A stretch of DNA of 64,000 nt from Candidatus Stramentimicrobium fermentans (GTDB taxonomy: Bacteria > Atribacterota > Phoenicimicrobiia > Phoenicimicrobiales > Stramentimicrobiaceae), in the NCBI GenBank assembly GCA_012520575.1, contig JAAYOB010000015.1, forward strand, positions 40,705 to 104,704, in the 5' to 3' direction. The notes beneath the pieces were generated by a model, which did not search any database, was not told the origin of the DNA, and saw only the letters and a program-made list of their open reading frames with translations. Each line of letters opens with the position of its first letter. The stretch's first letter is position 1. Below are positions 9,667-19,004 of the stretch, in pieces. A program made the translations under genes and the position numbers.

Positions 9667-10809
9667 TCACTGTAACCGATAAAGGTAGGGCAATTCATCC
9701 AACTCATCTACTTCACCGGAGAAAATCTTCCGGAAGCTTTCAATCATCTGACCAAGTCTCATGGTTTCCTGATGCATATTTTTACTCATGCACCAGGCGT
9801 TACCGTTTTGGACGGCCTTGAATTCTGCCAGGAGCTTATTCTTTGCTAACAATTCATCAATGGTTCTGATTTCCCCGCCAATGGTGCTGTTGTAGATAAT
9901 ATAATCTGCATCTTTTGCCGTGGCAAAAAACTTTTCCATTTCAATTGGCACGGTCGAGGTTCTGGTTTCGGGATCACCAAGGTTATCGAACACATAGCTG
10001 CCGCCAGCCAGTTCCAGCATTTTTGTTACATAGTCGCCATTTTTTCTGGCAACAACGTAATTGGAAGAGCTGATATGGAAAAATGCAACCGTTTTACCGG
10101 AACTTTCTGCACTCATTTCTTTATTCAGATAATCGACCTGCTCTGCAAACAGGGCGTTTGCGGTTTCTTCTTCATTCAGCAGGGCACCATACAGCTTAAT
10201 CCATTCCGTGCGTCCAAGGGGGTGCGGCTCCATACTGGACTGGTCAACAAGCACTGCAATACCCAACTCTTCCAGTTTTTCCTTTACTTCGGAGGCACGT
10301 CCGATCATTAGAGATTCAATTGCCAGAGGGCAACCATAATCTAGCAACATCTCATAGTCCGGCTCGCTGTACTTTCCGGCATATAAGATTTTACCTTCCT
10401 GCATTGCCAGTCGGGCATTTTCAATATGCCAGCCGTCTTCACGGGTTCCGGACAGTCTGATGACATCTAATCGCTCCAGAGCATCAAACAGGCACATAGA
10501 GGCGGTTGCTGCCAGATAAATATTCTCCAAAGGCTGATATAGAGGGACGATATCTTTAGCAACCCCTTTGGGTAGCTCAGAGCCATCCGGTATCACCAGG
10601 AATCTGCTCCCATCTGCCAGAGAAATCAACTTATAACCACCCGTGTAATAATCTACGGAAAACTGTGTGGCAAACTGCAGCTCCATACTGCACTCTGGCT
10701 CCCAACCGTTCCCCGGACCTTCTTTCGTTTCAGTTGTTTTGCAACCACAGAGAACCGAGAGTAGCAAGACTACCGTTAAGCAAAATACAATGCAGCGCCT
10801 CATACTCAT
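9667..10809 (-). CDS. Periplasmic/lipoprotein substrate-binding protein of an ABC importer (BtuF/FhuD class)
   Basis: Signal peptide with lipobox (LSVLCGC). Cluster-A SBP fold-like sequence. Adjacent to permease and ATPase genes. Confidence 0.75.
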   Translation of the reverse strand: MSMRRCIVFCLTVVLLLSVLCGCKTTETKEGPGNGWEPECSMELQFATQFSVDYYTGGYKLISLADGSRFLVIPDGSELPKGVAKDIVPLYQPLENIYLAATASMCLFDALERLDVIRLSGTREDGWHIENARLAMQEGKILYAGKYSEPDYEMLLDYGCPLAIESLMIGRASEVKEKLEELGIAVLVDQSSMEPHPLGRTEWIKLYGALLNEEETANALFAEQVDYLNKEMSAESSGKTVAFFHISSSNYVVARKNGDYVTKMLELAGGSYVFDNLGDPETRTSTVPIEMEKFFATAKDADYIIYNSTIGGEIRTIDELLAKNKLLAEFKAVQNGNAWCMSKNMHQETMRLGQMIESFRKIFSGEVDELDELPYLYRLQ

Positions 10810-11198
10810 TCTCCTTTGATTGCAGAACTATTAAAGTGCAGTGTGTATTCTATCAGATGAGGTTCGCTCATTGCAATGGTAGAAGCACTGACCGCCATAT
10901 CTTTATCTAAGACAACAGGAATTTCAAAAGTTGAGTTGCCCTCAGTCCGGATGGGATTATACTGAACACCGTCAACAAGCATGTATTCATAATAGGGGCT
11001 GCTCCACACAATCGTTGCGGTAATCATTTCGCCTTTCACCATGATTTTTGCAGGAGACTCAACGCTTGCCCGGCCGGAACCGCCGGACAAAGTTACTTCA
11101 ATTTTATAATTTCCGTCTGTTAACTCTTTTTCGCTGCAGGCAATAAAAAGGGTACAAATGAGTAAACAGGAAAGCAGGATTGCGATCGTTCGTGTCAT
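10806..11198 (-). CDS. Small lipoprotein of unknown function; candidate surface tetrapyrrole/corrinoid-binding domain
   Basis: Signal peptide plus lipobox (LFIACS). Its domain of about 100 aa is paralogous to the next gene. Lies inside the B12-riboswitch operon. Confidence 0.5.
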   Translation of the reverse strand: MTRTIAILLSCLLICTLFIACSEKELTDGNYKIEVTLSGGSGRASVESPAKIMVKGEMITATIVWSSPYYEYMLVDGVQYNPIRTEGNSTFEIPVVLDKDMAVSASTIAMSEPHLIEYTLHFNSSAIKGE

Positions 11199-11202
11199 AG
11201 GC

Positions 11203-11766
11203 TTACCTCACAATCAGTGCGTCAGCAGGAAGATCATCCGACTGGAAAATGAGTGTGCGGTCATACCACTTTTTCTTTCTAATACTCCATGCGGCACAGT
11301 CCAATTCCATATCAAGTGCTTCGACGGGAACCGTAAAGGTTTTAGCCCCTTCTTCGTTCAGAACAAAAGGAATATAGTTTTCCTCAGTATCAAGTAAAGC
11401 TTCTTTACCGGTACCCATATATACCATACCATAGCCGCTGCCGCTCATAGTCATAATGGCTTTCATTGCATTATTTTCTACGATTAATTCACACTTGATT
11501 ACGCGGAACATAGATGAGCTGGAATCTAAGGTGATTAGGTATGATCCATCCTTTAAACTGCTTGCGTAAATGGGTTTCAGAATATCATCCTCTGTAACCG
11601 TTGTGAAAGTATCATTCGATATCACAGAGTTCTCTGTGTTCTCAGAAACATTGGCTTGAGGCACAGGTTCCACGGTATTGTTGTCTACGGGCTCTTTATT
11701 TATTGTGTAACCTGATAAGACTGTTACCAAACAAAAGAACAGCACGAAAATCAGCGTTTTTTTCAT
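11203..11766 (-). CDS. Secreted protein, paralog of the 10806-11198 product, with an N-terminal low-complexity linker
   Basis: Signal peptide. The C-terminal domain aligns with the neighbour: LKDGSYLITL...MKAIMTMSGSGYGMVYMGTG...KTFTVPVEALDMEL matches LTDGNYKIEV...MITATIVWSSPYYEYMLVDG...STFEIPVVLDKDMAV. Confidence 0.5.
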   Translation of the reverse strand: MKKTLIFVLFFCLVTVLSGYTINKEPVDNNTVEPVPQANVSENTENSVISNDTFTTVTEDDILKPIYASSLKDGSYLITLDSSSSMFRVIKCELIVENNAMKAIMTMSGSGYGMVYMGTGKEALLDTEENYIPFVLNEEGAKTFTVPVEALDMELDCAAWSIRKKKWYDRTLIFQSDDLPADALIVR

Positions 11767-11851
11767 ATGGAGTACCTGCTTTCTAAACTGCTTTTATGTA
11801 TATACGAATATACATAAAAGCAGTTTCATCATGTTGGTTTGCAAGAAATAC

Positions 11852-12724
11852 CTATTTAGCAATTGCTTCAGCAGTGTGTGTAACAATCATCTGCTGAATG
11901 CCTTTGTACTGGCCCAAACCGTTCAGAACACATTCGACCTCATAACCGGCCTTGGCAAATACATCCTTCCACGATCCTTCCTCATCACCGGCCATATCGT
12001 TATTAGCGTGATCACCGGCAACAATCATCAGGGGGAGCAGAACGACCTTGTCGTAATTACCGGCATCGACCTTTGTTAGAACTTCATCCACCAGAGGAGT
12101 ACCCTCAACAGTGCCGACAAAGTAGTTAACCAGACCGGCGGCATGCAGATGTTTCTCGATTCTGGTGTAACTCTCATTGGCCTCATGATGAGTACCATGA
12201 CCCATAAAGACAACAGCAGTTTTCTCGGTGTTGTAAGCAGCAGTCTCTTCCTTCAGGACCTCGACCAGAGTGCCATAGTCCTTATCGGAAGTCAGCAGGG
12301 GAGTACCGACCTGCATGCTGTCGAATTTTTCAGTATAGCCGGAGATATCCTTCAGCAGGTCGTCATATTCGAAGCCGGGAATGACATGGGTGGGCTGAAT
12401 GATTACTTTCTTAACGCCATCAGCGACCAGACGTTCCATAGCCTCCTCTACATTGTCGATCTTATGACCATCGCGCTCTTCCAGAATGTCGATGATAATC
12501 TGAGAGGTGAAAGCTCTGCGAACTTCGTATTCGGGGTACGCCGTCTGCAGGGCAGCCTCAATTGCATCGATGGTTACCTCGCGGGTCTCGTTGTAGCTGG
12601 TGCCAAAGCTGACAGCAAGGATAACAGGCTTCTGTTCAGCGCTTCCCTGAGCGCCAAATGCTGCCAATCCCAGAACCAGGCATAATGCCGGCATTAGATA
12701 AGTAATTTTTTTTGTGAGTCTCAT
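11852..12724 (-). CDS. cbiK: Sirohydrochlorin cobaltochelatase CbiK homolog with an N-terminal Sec signal peptide (periplasmic CbiK type)
   Basis: Signal peptide MRLTKKITYLMPALCLVLGLAAFGAQG, followed by the CbiK start KPVILAVSFGTSYNETRE. First gene downstream of the riboswitch. Confidence 0.75.
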   Translation of the reverse strand: MRLTKKITYLMPALCLVLGLAAFGAQGSAEQKPVILAVSFGTSYNETREVTIDAIEAALQTAYPEYEVRRAFTSQIIIDILEERDGHKIDNVEEAMERLVADGVKKVIIQPTHVIPGFEYDDLLKDISGYTEKFDSMQVGTPLLTSDKDYGTLVEVLKEETAAYNTEKTAVVFMGHGTHHEANESYTRIEKHLHAAGLVNYFVGTVEGTPLVDEVLTKVDAGNYDKVVLLPLMIVAGDHANNDMAGDEEGSWKDVFAKAGYEVECVLNGLGQYKGIQQMIVTHTAEAIAK

Positions 12725-12821
12725 TTGAAATTTCCTCCATTTTTTTATTGATAATATATTTTATGGTATACATCACGAAAAACAATTGACAATTAGAGAG
12801 AACAATGCAAGAAGTTTTGCT

Positions 12822-13090
12822 CTATAAAACAAAAAACTGCGGCAGTCGCAAAACTGCCGCAGCCGATTTCCTGCAAAGTAAGATGTTTATTTCTCCATAA
12901 ATCGAGAACAAATAGACAGCAAACACGTTTAAGCAGGTCTCCTGACTCGCGTATCATAAGCTCTCCGCACTGTCTTCTCAGGATTGCTCCCAATGACTGA
13001 CTTTCGTCGCGTGCGGTGCCTCCACGCATACAGTGGCGGTACCGTCCCGGATTTTAACCGGGTTCACTATTCTCCACCAATTCCTGTCAA
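12822..13090 (-). promoter_or_regulatory. Cobalamin (AdoCbl) riboswitch with an intrinsic-terminator expression platform
   Basis: Minus-strand RNA carries GTGAACCCGGTTAAAATCCGGGACGGTACCGCCACTGT, then GGGAGCAATCC, then a B12 box GAGTCAGGAGACCTGC. A terminator hairpin CTGCGGCAGTTTTGCGACTGCCGCAG plus a T-run follows (plus-strand 12822-12862). Confidence 0.85.
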
Positions 13091-13133
13091 AATTGGTGAC
13101 ACTTAAACGGTGTATTCTATTCAACTGTCATTT

Positions 13134-13162
13134 ATAATAACACTGAGAACTTATCCTGTCAA
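13134..13162 (-). promoter_or_regulatory. Sigma-70-type promoter for the riboswitch-cbiK-btu-cbi operon
   Basis: Minus strand reads TTGACA, a 17-nt spacer, then TATTAT, about 40 nt upstream of the riboswitch 5' end. Confidence 0.5.
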
Positions 13163-13479
13163 TCTTTCTTTTGGAGAGTATTTGGGGAGGGCTTATGTGT
13201 TTTTGAGTACAATTATCATAAGAAACTATGCTGCCCAAAAAGTATCTTGTACGGTACTTATATATACTACAGCTCATATGAAACAGATTCGCTCATCAAA
13301 TATATATTTTGATGCAAACAAAATCTTCAAAAAGGCTTACGTATGAACAAAATTCAAATCTCCTCACCGCACATATCAACGAATATGGGCATCAAGCCTT
13401 GCGCTCTATAAACAACAAACGCTATCCGGCCTCACAGAAAGAATGTTAAAGAAGTGAAAAAAATTAATTGTACATTTTC

Positions 13480-13508
13480 TTGCAATTTGCATTGATTGAC
13501 GATATAAT
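13480..13508 (+). promoter_or_regulatory. Sigma-70-type promoter for the second B12-regulated transporter operon
   Basis: TTGCAA, a 17-nt spacer, then TATAAT. Confidence 0.5.
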
Positions 13509-13527
13509 AAAAAAAATAAATATCGAA

Positions 13528-13775
13528 TATTAAATTTTACAGATCACGGAAGCTGTTGAGAATACAGCACAGCCCCGCTACTGTGATAAGGGACTGATTG
13601 GACATAGGCCACTGAAGCAATTCGGGAAGGCGTCATAATCGGGATGATCTTTAAGTCAGGAGACGGTCTATAAAATTCAAAATGGCTTACTTCGAGGGAG
13701 GTAGGTGCTTTTTTTTGTGCGCTTTTAAAGCCTCTATCTAAAATACGAAGTATCGATAGAGGCTTTTTTATTATT
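13528..13775 (+). promoter_or_regulatory. Cobalamin riboswitch with terminator platform
   Basis: Motifs GTTGAGAATACAGCACAGCCCCGCTACTGT, GCCACTGAAGCAATTCGGGAAGG and the B12 box AAGTCAGGAGACGGTC. A terminator GCCTCTATC...GATAGAGGC plus a T-run lies just before the RBS AGGAGG of the 13793 gene. Confidence 0.8.
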
Positions 13776-13792
13776 TAAAGGAGGAGAAAATA

Positions 13793-14938
13793 ATGAAAAC
13801 TAAATTTTCAAAAACACTTTTAGTTCTGCTGTCTATTTTTTTGTTGATGGTGCTGACAGCTCCTTGCAGTTCAAATAATACCGACAAGACAGGTGAAGAA
13901 GTCGTTGCCAATGAAAAAACCCCAGAACCCTCACAATCAACCAGAGAGATTACTGATGCACAGGGGAATACATTGACCGTAGCTAAAAATATTGGAAAAA
14001 TAGCGGTTGACCAATGGGGTACGGCCGATATTGTTGTGTCCGTATTAGGCGAAGAGGCTATGGATAAAATCGTAGCGGTTGGGATAACCAAAAGTTACAA
14101 CCAGATTAAAGGCATATATGGCAAATCATACCCGCAAATAAACAACCTGCCGTCAATTGGCGGTGGCAGAAGTAGTCCAATAGATGCAGAAAAAATCATA
14201 TCGCTCCAACCTGATTTATATATGATTGCTAATTATAGCGAAAACTCCGACGATTTAATTGGAAAACTTGCCAAAGCAAATATCCCCACCGTCATATTGA
14301 ATATCAGCGAAGAGCCTTCCCAATCTCCGCAAAACGCTATAAAAATAGTGGGAGAGCTTTTCGGTGTGCAAGAAAGAGCTGACGAAATAGCAGGATTTAT
14401 AGATTCACAATATAAGTTGATTGAGAGTAAAAACCTTGAAGATAAGAGAAACAAGCCTACCGTATACATGGAAAAAGGTTCGGGCACTAAGGACGAGTAT
14501 GACGTAACCTGGTCAGATCAAAGTGCCTGGGGCAAAATTGTAACGAAAACTGGCGGAAAAAATATAGTAGATAGTTCACTGGGAAATAGCGTTAAGATAG
14601 ATTCCGAGTTTTTGTTATCCGGCAATCCCGACTATATCATAATTGCCGGCAGTGTTGGAATAGGGACTGATTTGGAAGAAGGCCAAGAACTCATCAGATC
14701 ATATACACAAAGAACGGGTTGGCAAAATCTGGATGCTGTGAAAAATAACAATATCTTTCTCATCGGTCATGGTCAAGAGAGAGATCAGTTCTGCTTTTTC
14801 CCGCACTTAGTCATGGCAAAAACCTTTTATCCTGAGGATTTTGTGGATATTGAACCTTTAGAAATATTGAAAGAATTTTACGACAAATATATGTTGTTAG
14901 ATTTTGAAGACGGACATTGGTATATCAAATTAGAATAG
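13793..14938 (+). CDS. ABC importer substrate-binding lipoprotein (corrinoid/iron-complex class), paralog of 17527-18612
   Basis: Signal peptide with lipobox (LTAPCSS). FhuD/BtuF-like. RBS AGGAGG. Confidence 0.75.
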   Translation: MKTKFSKTLLVLLSIFLLMVLTAPCSSNNTDKTGEEVVANEKTPEPSQSTREITDAQGNTLTVAKNIGKIAVDQWGTADIVVSVLGEEAMDKIVAVGITKSYNQIKGIYGKSYPQINNLPSIGGGRSSPIDAEKIISLQPDLYMIANYSENSDDLIGKLAKANIPTVILNISEEPSQSPQNAIKIVGELFGVQERADEIAGFIDSQYKLIESKNLEDKRNKPTVYMEKGSGTKDEYDVTWSDQSAWGKIVTKTGGKNIVDSSLGNSVKIDSEFLLSGNPDYIIIAGSVGIGTDLEEGQELIRSYTQRTGWQNLDAVKNNNIFLIGHGQERDQFCFFPHLVMAKTFYPEDFVDIEPLEILKEFYDKYMLLDFEDGHWYIKLE

Positions 14939-14952
14939 AAGGATAGCCTGTC

Positions 14953-15993
14953 ATGCAACTATCTCCGGGCAAAGCCCTGTATAGTAATATTGTCAGCAAG
15001 AAAAAATACATAATTGTTTTCTTAATCATCGCAATTGTTATATCTTTTATTGTCAATCTATTTGTTGGCAGCGCCGGTTTAACTCTAGTAGAAACGATCA
15101 ATGCTATTTTCGGTGATTCTAGTAAAATCAACCGTGTCATCGTTTGGAGCATTCGTATGCCTGTCGCGATATCTGCCATTTTAGTAGGGGCTGCTCTTGG
15201 AATAGGTGGCTGTGAAATGCAAACCATATTGAATAATCCCATGGCAAGTCCCTACACCCTGGGTATTTCATCAGCAGCATCTTTCGGAGCTGCCCTAGTC
15301 ATCATATTAAGAATCAGTATATCCCCGTTTTTTGATAATATCTTAATCAGTTTATCCGCATTTTGCTTTTCTATACTGGCTTCCTTTTCTATTTTTACAC
15401 TATCAAAGCGATTTGGTTGGGATCGGGGTGTACTGATATTGTTCGGTATTGCGATGAGTTTTTTGTTTAATGCCCTGACTACCTTTTTGCAATTTATCGC
15501 TGACCAAAACGATTTGCAATCATTTATATTTTGGTCATTTGGAGATTTAACCAAGATCAATTGGACGCAAATTCTAATCTTGTTTATTGTTTTAATCGTC
15601 ATTTATACTCTATTTTTCAAAAAATCCTGGCACCTTACGGCTGTTACTCTTGGCGATTCTGCAGCTTTAAGCTTGGGCATAGATGTTAAAAAAATGAGAC
15701 GAACCGTTATCATTATGGTCGCAATACTTTCTGCTACATCGGTCAGTTTTGCCGGAACAATAGGTTTTGTAGGAATCGTTGCCCCGCATATCGCACGCAT
15801 GATCGGCGGAGAAGATCAGAGGTTCTTGTTGTCTATTTCCGCATTGGTGGGCGCATTGATGCTGTCTGTAGCATCTACCTTCGGCAAAACTTTAGTTCCG
15901 GGGGTTATTCTGCCGATCGGACTCGTAACTTCCATGGTAGGGATTCCATTTTTCATTTATTTGATATTACAGCATAGAGGTGGCATGAAATGA
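14953..15993 (+). CDS. FecCD-family ABC permease
   Basis: 346-aa membrane protein with BtuC/FepD-like sequence. Confidence 0.8.
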   Translation: MQLSPGKALYSNIVSKKKYIIVFLIIAIVISFIVNLFVGSAGLTLVETINAIFGDSSKINRVIVWSIRMPVAISAILVGAALGIGGCEMQTILNNPMASPYTLGISSAASFGAALVIILRISISPFFDNILISLSAFCFSILASFSIFTLSKRFGWDRGVLILFGIAMSFLFNALTTFLQFIADQNDLQSFIFWSFGDLTKINWTQILILFIVLIVIYTLFFKKSWHLTAVTLGDSAALSLGIDVKKMRRTVIIMVAILSATSVSFAGTIGFVGIVAPHIARMIGGEDQRFLLSISALVGALMLSVASTFGKTLVPGVILPIGLVTSMVGIPFFIYLILQHRGGMK

Positions 15994-16781
15994 TACGCAC
16001 TGAAAATCTCGTATTTGGTTACCATAAGCATGTACCCGTACTCAAAGAATTATCTGTCGATTTTGACGCTGATCTCAATGTAATAATAGGGCCTAATGCC
16101 TGCGGAAAGTCAACACTGCTCAAATGCCTATTCGGAATACTTAATTACGAGGGAAAAGTGTTTTGGAACAATCAGGACTTGTCCAAATTGGATTTTGAGG
16201 AAAAAGCTCAACTGATGGCGTATCTTCCTCAAGGAGATGTAGAAAATACATCACTCACAATCTTTGAAACTGTACTGTTGGGCAAAGTCGCTTCCCTGTC
16301 TTGGAAAGTAACCGATGATCAACTTGATGAGGTTTATAATGTCCTGAATACCATGAATTTACTCCCTATTTACGACAAAAAGATCAATGAACTTTCCGGA
16401 GGTCAGAAAAAGCTGGTAACCATAGCCCAAACTCTGATCAGAGAGCCGGAGCTGATTATTATGGACGAACCGACCAATAATCTGGATATTCAAAAACAAC
16501 TTGAACTTTTCGATATCATCAGACAAATCATCAAACACAAAAAAATCAAATTCATTATCGTATTGCACGACATCAATGTTTCCACAAGATACGCGGACAA
16601 AATCATCGTCCTAAACGACGGTAAAAAATATGCTTGCGGACAACCTGAGGAAATCATCAATGTCGCTATGCTTAAAGATGTATACGGGGTACACGGCAAA
16701 TTGGTTAAAGACCAAAATGATACAACCTTTGTCGTAGCAGAATCATCAGTAAATGAAATCAATTTATTTGGAAAGGAGTAA
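15990..16781 (+). CDS. ABC transporter ATP-binding protein (FecE/BtuD family)
   Basis: Walker A GPNACGKST, signature LSGGQKK, Walker B IIMDEP. Confidence 0.85.
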   Translation: MIRTENLVFGYHKHVPVLKELSVDFDADLNVIIGPNACGKSTLLKCLFGILNYEGKVFWNNQDLSKLDFEEKAQLMAYLPQGDVENTSLTIFETVLLGKVASLSWKVTDDQLDEVYNVLNTMNLLPIYDKKINELSGGQKKLVTIAQTLIREPELIIMDEPTNNLDIQKQLELFDIIRQIIKHKKIKFIIVLHDINVSTRYADKIIVLNDGKKYACGQPEEIINVAMLKDVYGVHGKLVKDQNDTTFVVAESSVNEINLFGKE

Positions 16782-16784
16782 GCA

Positions 16785-17530
16785 ATGTCTCGTGTCTATA
16801 TCATTGCGGGCGGTCCGGGAGACCCGGAGCTTATTACGTTAAAAGCAAAAAAATAATCGATACCTCGGATTATATTTTTACGAGCGAACGATTTATCAAT
16901 AAAAAAATGTTTGTAGATACGAAAAGCAGTTGTCGGATATTAGATACTTTTACGTATACGTACGATGAAAAATTGGATTATACGAAAAAAGCAGTAGCGG
17001 AAAATAAAATCCTGTCTTTTATCACTATGGGAGATCCTGCTTTATATGGCATGGTAGGTGGACTTATTGACAGATTTGAAAAGAACGATATTGCTTTCGA
17101 GATTATACCGGGCGTGAATGCCGCTATTGCATCATCCGCAGTTCTTAAACGCGGGTTAACAGGTATGGGGGTAACAAATACTTTCGTATGCACCAGCTAT
17201 AACAATCATGACAAATCAAGAAAAAACCTAGAAAAAATAGCGGCTCTGGGTTGTACTGTATCGGTATTTATGGGGATAGATAATCTGAAAGAAATTATAG
17301 ACATTTTTGCAGCATATAGAAGTAAACAGACACCCATAGCCATTGTATCTAATGCTACCTGGCACAATGAAAAAATAATCCATGGTAATCTTGGCAATAT
17401 TATGGACATATTTAATCACGACAAAGTGGAAGGGGGGTTGATTTTAATTGGAGATTTTTTAAATAAAGAATACGATTATGATTTGGAAAGACAGTTTATA
17501 GAAATGAAGAAAAAAGAGGTGAAAAAATGA
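16785..17530 (+). pseudogene. Tetrapyrrole (corrin/porphyrin) methylase, CbiF/CobM-like, with a disrupted N-terminal region (frameshifts)
   Basis: The ATG at 16785 gives MSRVY. The conserved motif YIAGGPGDPELITLKAKK lies in a second frame and ends at a TAA inside an A7 run (16846-16852). The sequence continues as IIDTSDYIFT... in another frame into the track ORF 16907-17530 (GDPALYGMVGG, PGVNAA). My nucleotide reading places that ORF's ATG at 16906, which disagrees with the track by 1 nt, so the number and position of frameshifts are uncertain. Confidence 0.55.
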
Positions 17531-18612
17531 AGAACACAAAAAGATTAATTACAGTAGTATTGGCAATGATGATTATTTTTACCATGAGTGCTTGCGCCGG
17601 CGAGCCTGGCAAAACGGAACCGACTGAACGTACATTTGTAGATGCCGCCGGGAGGGAAGTCACAATCAAACAACCGATAGAAACATTTGTTATCAATAAC
17701 TATGACCTTGGGGAATCGCTGGCTATGGTTTTAGGTGATGAATACGCAGACATGGTTACAGGTACAGGGATTCCTAACTATGAAATCAATAAAGAAGTAT
17801 ACGAAAAACATTTTCCGCAATTAAAAAATATTAAGAGTCTAGCCGGTGGGCGGGGTCCTTATGACTTGGAGGCGCTATTTAAATTAGAGCCCGATGTTTT
17901 TTTTATGAATTCATCTGAACATTTCAGACAATCACGCGGAGAGGAAATGGATAAAGTCGAACAGGCAGGCATCCCCGTCTATCTATTTTTTATGTATCAA
18001 GACGCTATACAATCACCTAGAGACACTATCAGACTAGTGGGCGAAGTTTTCGGTAGAGAAGAAAGAGCAAAAGAGGTAACAGATTTCATTGATGCTCAGT
18101 TCAATTTGGTTGAAGAAAGGTTGGCCAATATAGATGAGCCGGTAACATTTTATTATGAAAGAGATAACGGCATGACCTCAGCAAAAGGAGGCTGGACTCA
18201 AATATTAAACCAGGCAGGCGGCCAGTGGATTGCTGAAGATATCATGATTGAAAACTCGGGCAAATTAGACCCGGAAACAGTTCTCGTATCAAATCCTGAT
18301 TTTATTGTACTATCCGGAGGACTCGGCTATAAATCCTCCGGCAATCCTCATACGGTACAGGATCATGTTGATAAAGTGATATCAAGACCGGGCTGGAAAG
18401 ACCTGGACGCCATAAAAAACAAAAGACTATTTGTTTTTGCCCACGATTTTTCACGGTCACCGCTTTCATTTTATCCGGTCCTGTACATGGCTAAAGAGTT
18501 CTATCCGGAGCGAATGGCAGATGTCGACCCGGATGCAATAATGAAAGAGTTCTATGACAAATTTATGATCGTAGATTATGAAGATGGTACTTGGTCCTAC
18601 AGATTAGAATAG
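17527..18612 (+). CDS. Second substrate-binding lipoprotein of the same ABC importer
   Basis: Signal peptide with lipobox (MSACAG). The C-terminus FYPERMADVDPDAIMKEFYDKFMIVDYEDGTWSYRLE parallels the 13793 product. Its start overlaps the previous stop. Confidence 0.75.
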   Translation: MKNTKRLITVVLAMMIIFTMSACAGEPGKTEPTERTFVDAAGREVTIKQPIETFVINNYDLGESLAMVLGDEYADMVTGTGIPNYEINKEVYEKHFPQLKNIKSLAGGRGPYDLEALFKLEPDVFFMNSSEHFRQSRGEEMDKVEQAGIPVYLFFMYQDAIQSPRDTIRLVGEVFGREERAKEVTDFIDAQFNLVEERLANIDEPVTFYYERDNGMTSAKGGWTQILNQAGGQWIAEDIMIENSGKLDPETVLVSNPDFIVLSGGLGYKSSGNPHTVQDHVDKVISRPGWKDLDAIKNKRLFVFAHDFSRSPLSFYPVLYMAKEFYPERMADVDPDAIMKEFYDKFMIVDYEDGTWSYRLE

Positions 18613-18649
18613 GAAGTTTTAAAAACAGAACCAATCAGATGTAGGTGAG

Positions 18650-18700
18650 AAAAAACAGCGGTTAAGATTTAATTTTTAAGCTCAACCGCTGTTTTTTTAA
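18650..18700 (+). terminator. Rho-independent terminator
   Basis: AACAGCGGTT...AACCGCTGTT hairpin followed by TTTTTTT. Confidence 0.6.
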
Positions 18701-19004
18701 TGTGTGCTGGGTTATAGAACACACAAAAAAAGTGAATGGTAGAAATAATTCTGTTGAAATATAATCATCAGACCTATTATTTCTTTCATGATTTCTCTTT
18801 TCCGGCAGGAGTATTTCTCGGATTAAAATCCGTTATAAAAGACTTCTCAAACTAAATTCTACCGCTTATATCAAATCAGAACTTAGTTTGCAAATTAACT
18901 ATATATATTCAATAAGTTAAAGAAGTTCTTCTCGCTCCTCACTTATTGACAAAGAATCTCAAAGCATTCACAATTATTAGAGCCACGTATGGAGAGGTAT
19001 AGAT

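Noticed and set aside
12793-13029. Track ORF of 78 aa on the minus strand
   Set aside because: It lies entirely within the cobalamin riboswitch aptamer and terminator region. It has no RBS and coincides with conserved riboswitch motifs.
1-13200. Somewhat higher GC in the cbi-btu operon compared with the rest, considered as horizontal transfer
   Set aside because: Hand counts of coding stretches elsewhere in the window gave similar GC (about 45-49%). The visible contrast is mostly AT-rich intergenic DNA. Evidence is not sufficient to claim horizontal transfer.
16906-16981. Apparent third frameshift (extra T at 16981) in the methylase gene
   Set aside because: This conflicts with the ORF track, which reports a continuous 207-codon ORF. 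The most likely cause is my own 1-nt indexing or reading error, so it is not reported as a separate disruption.
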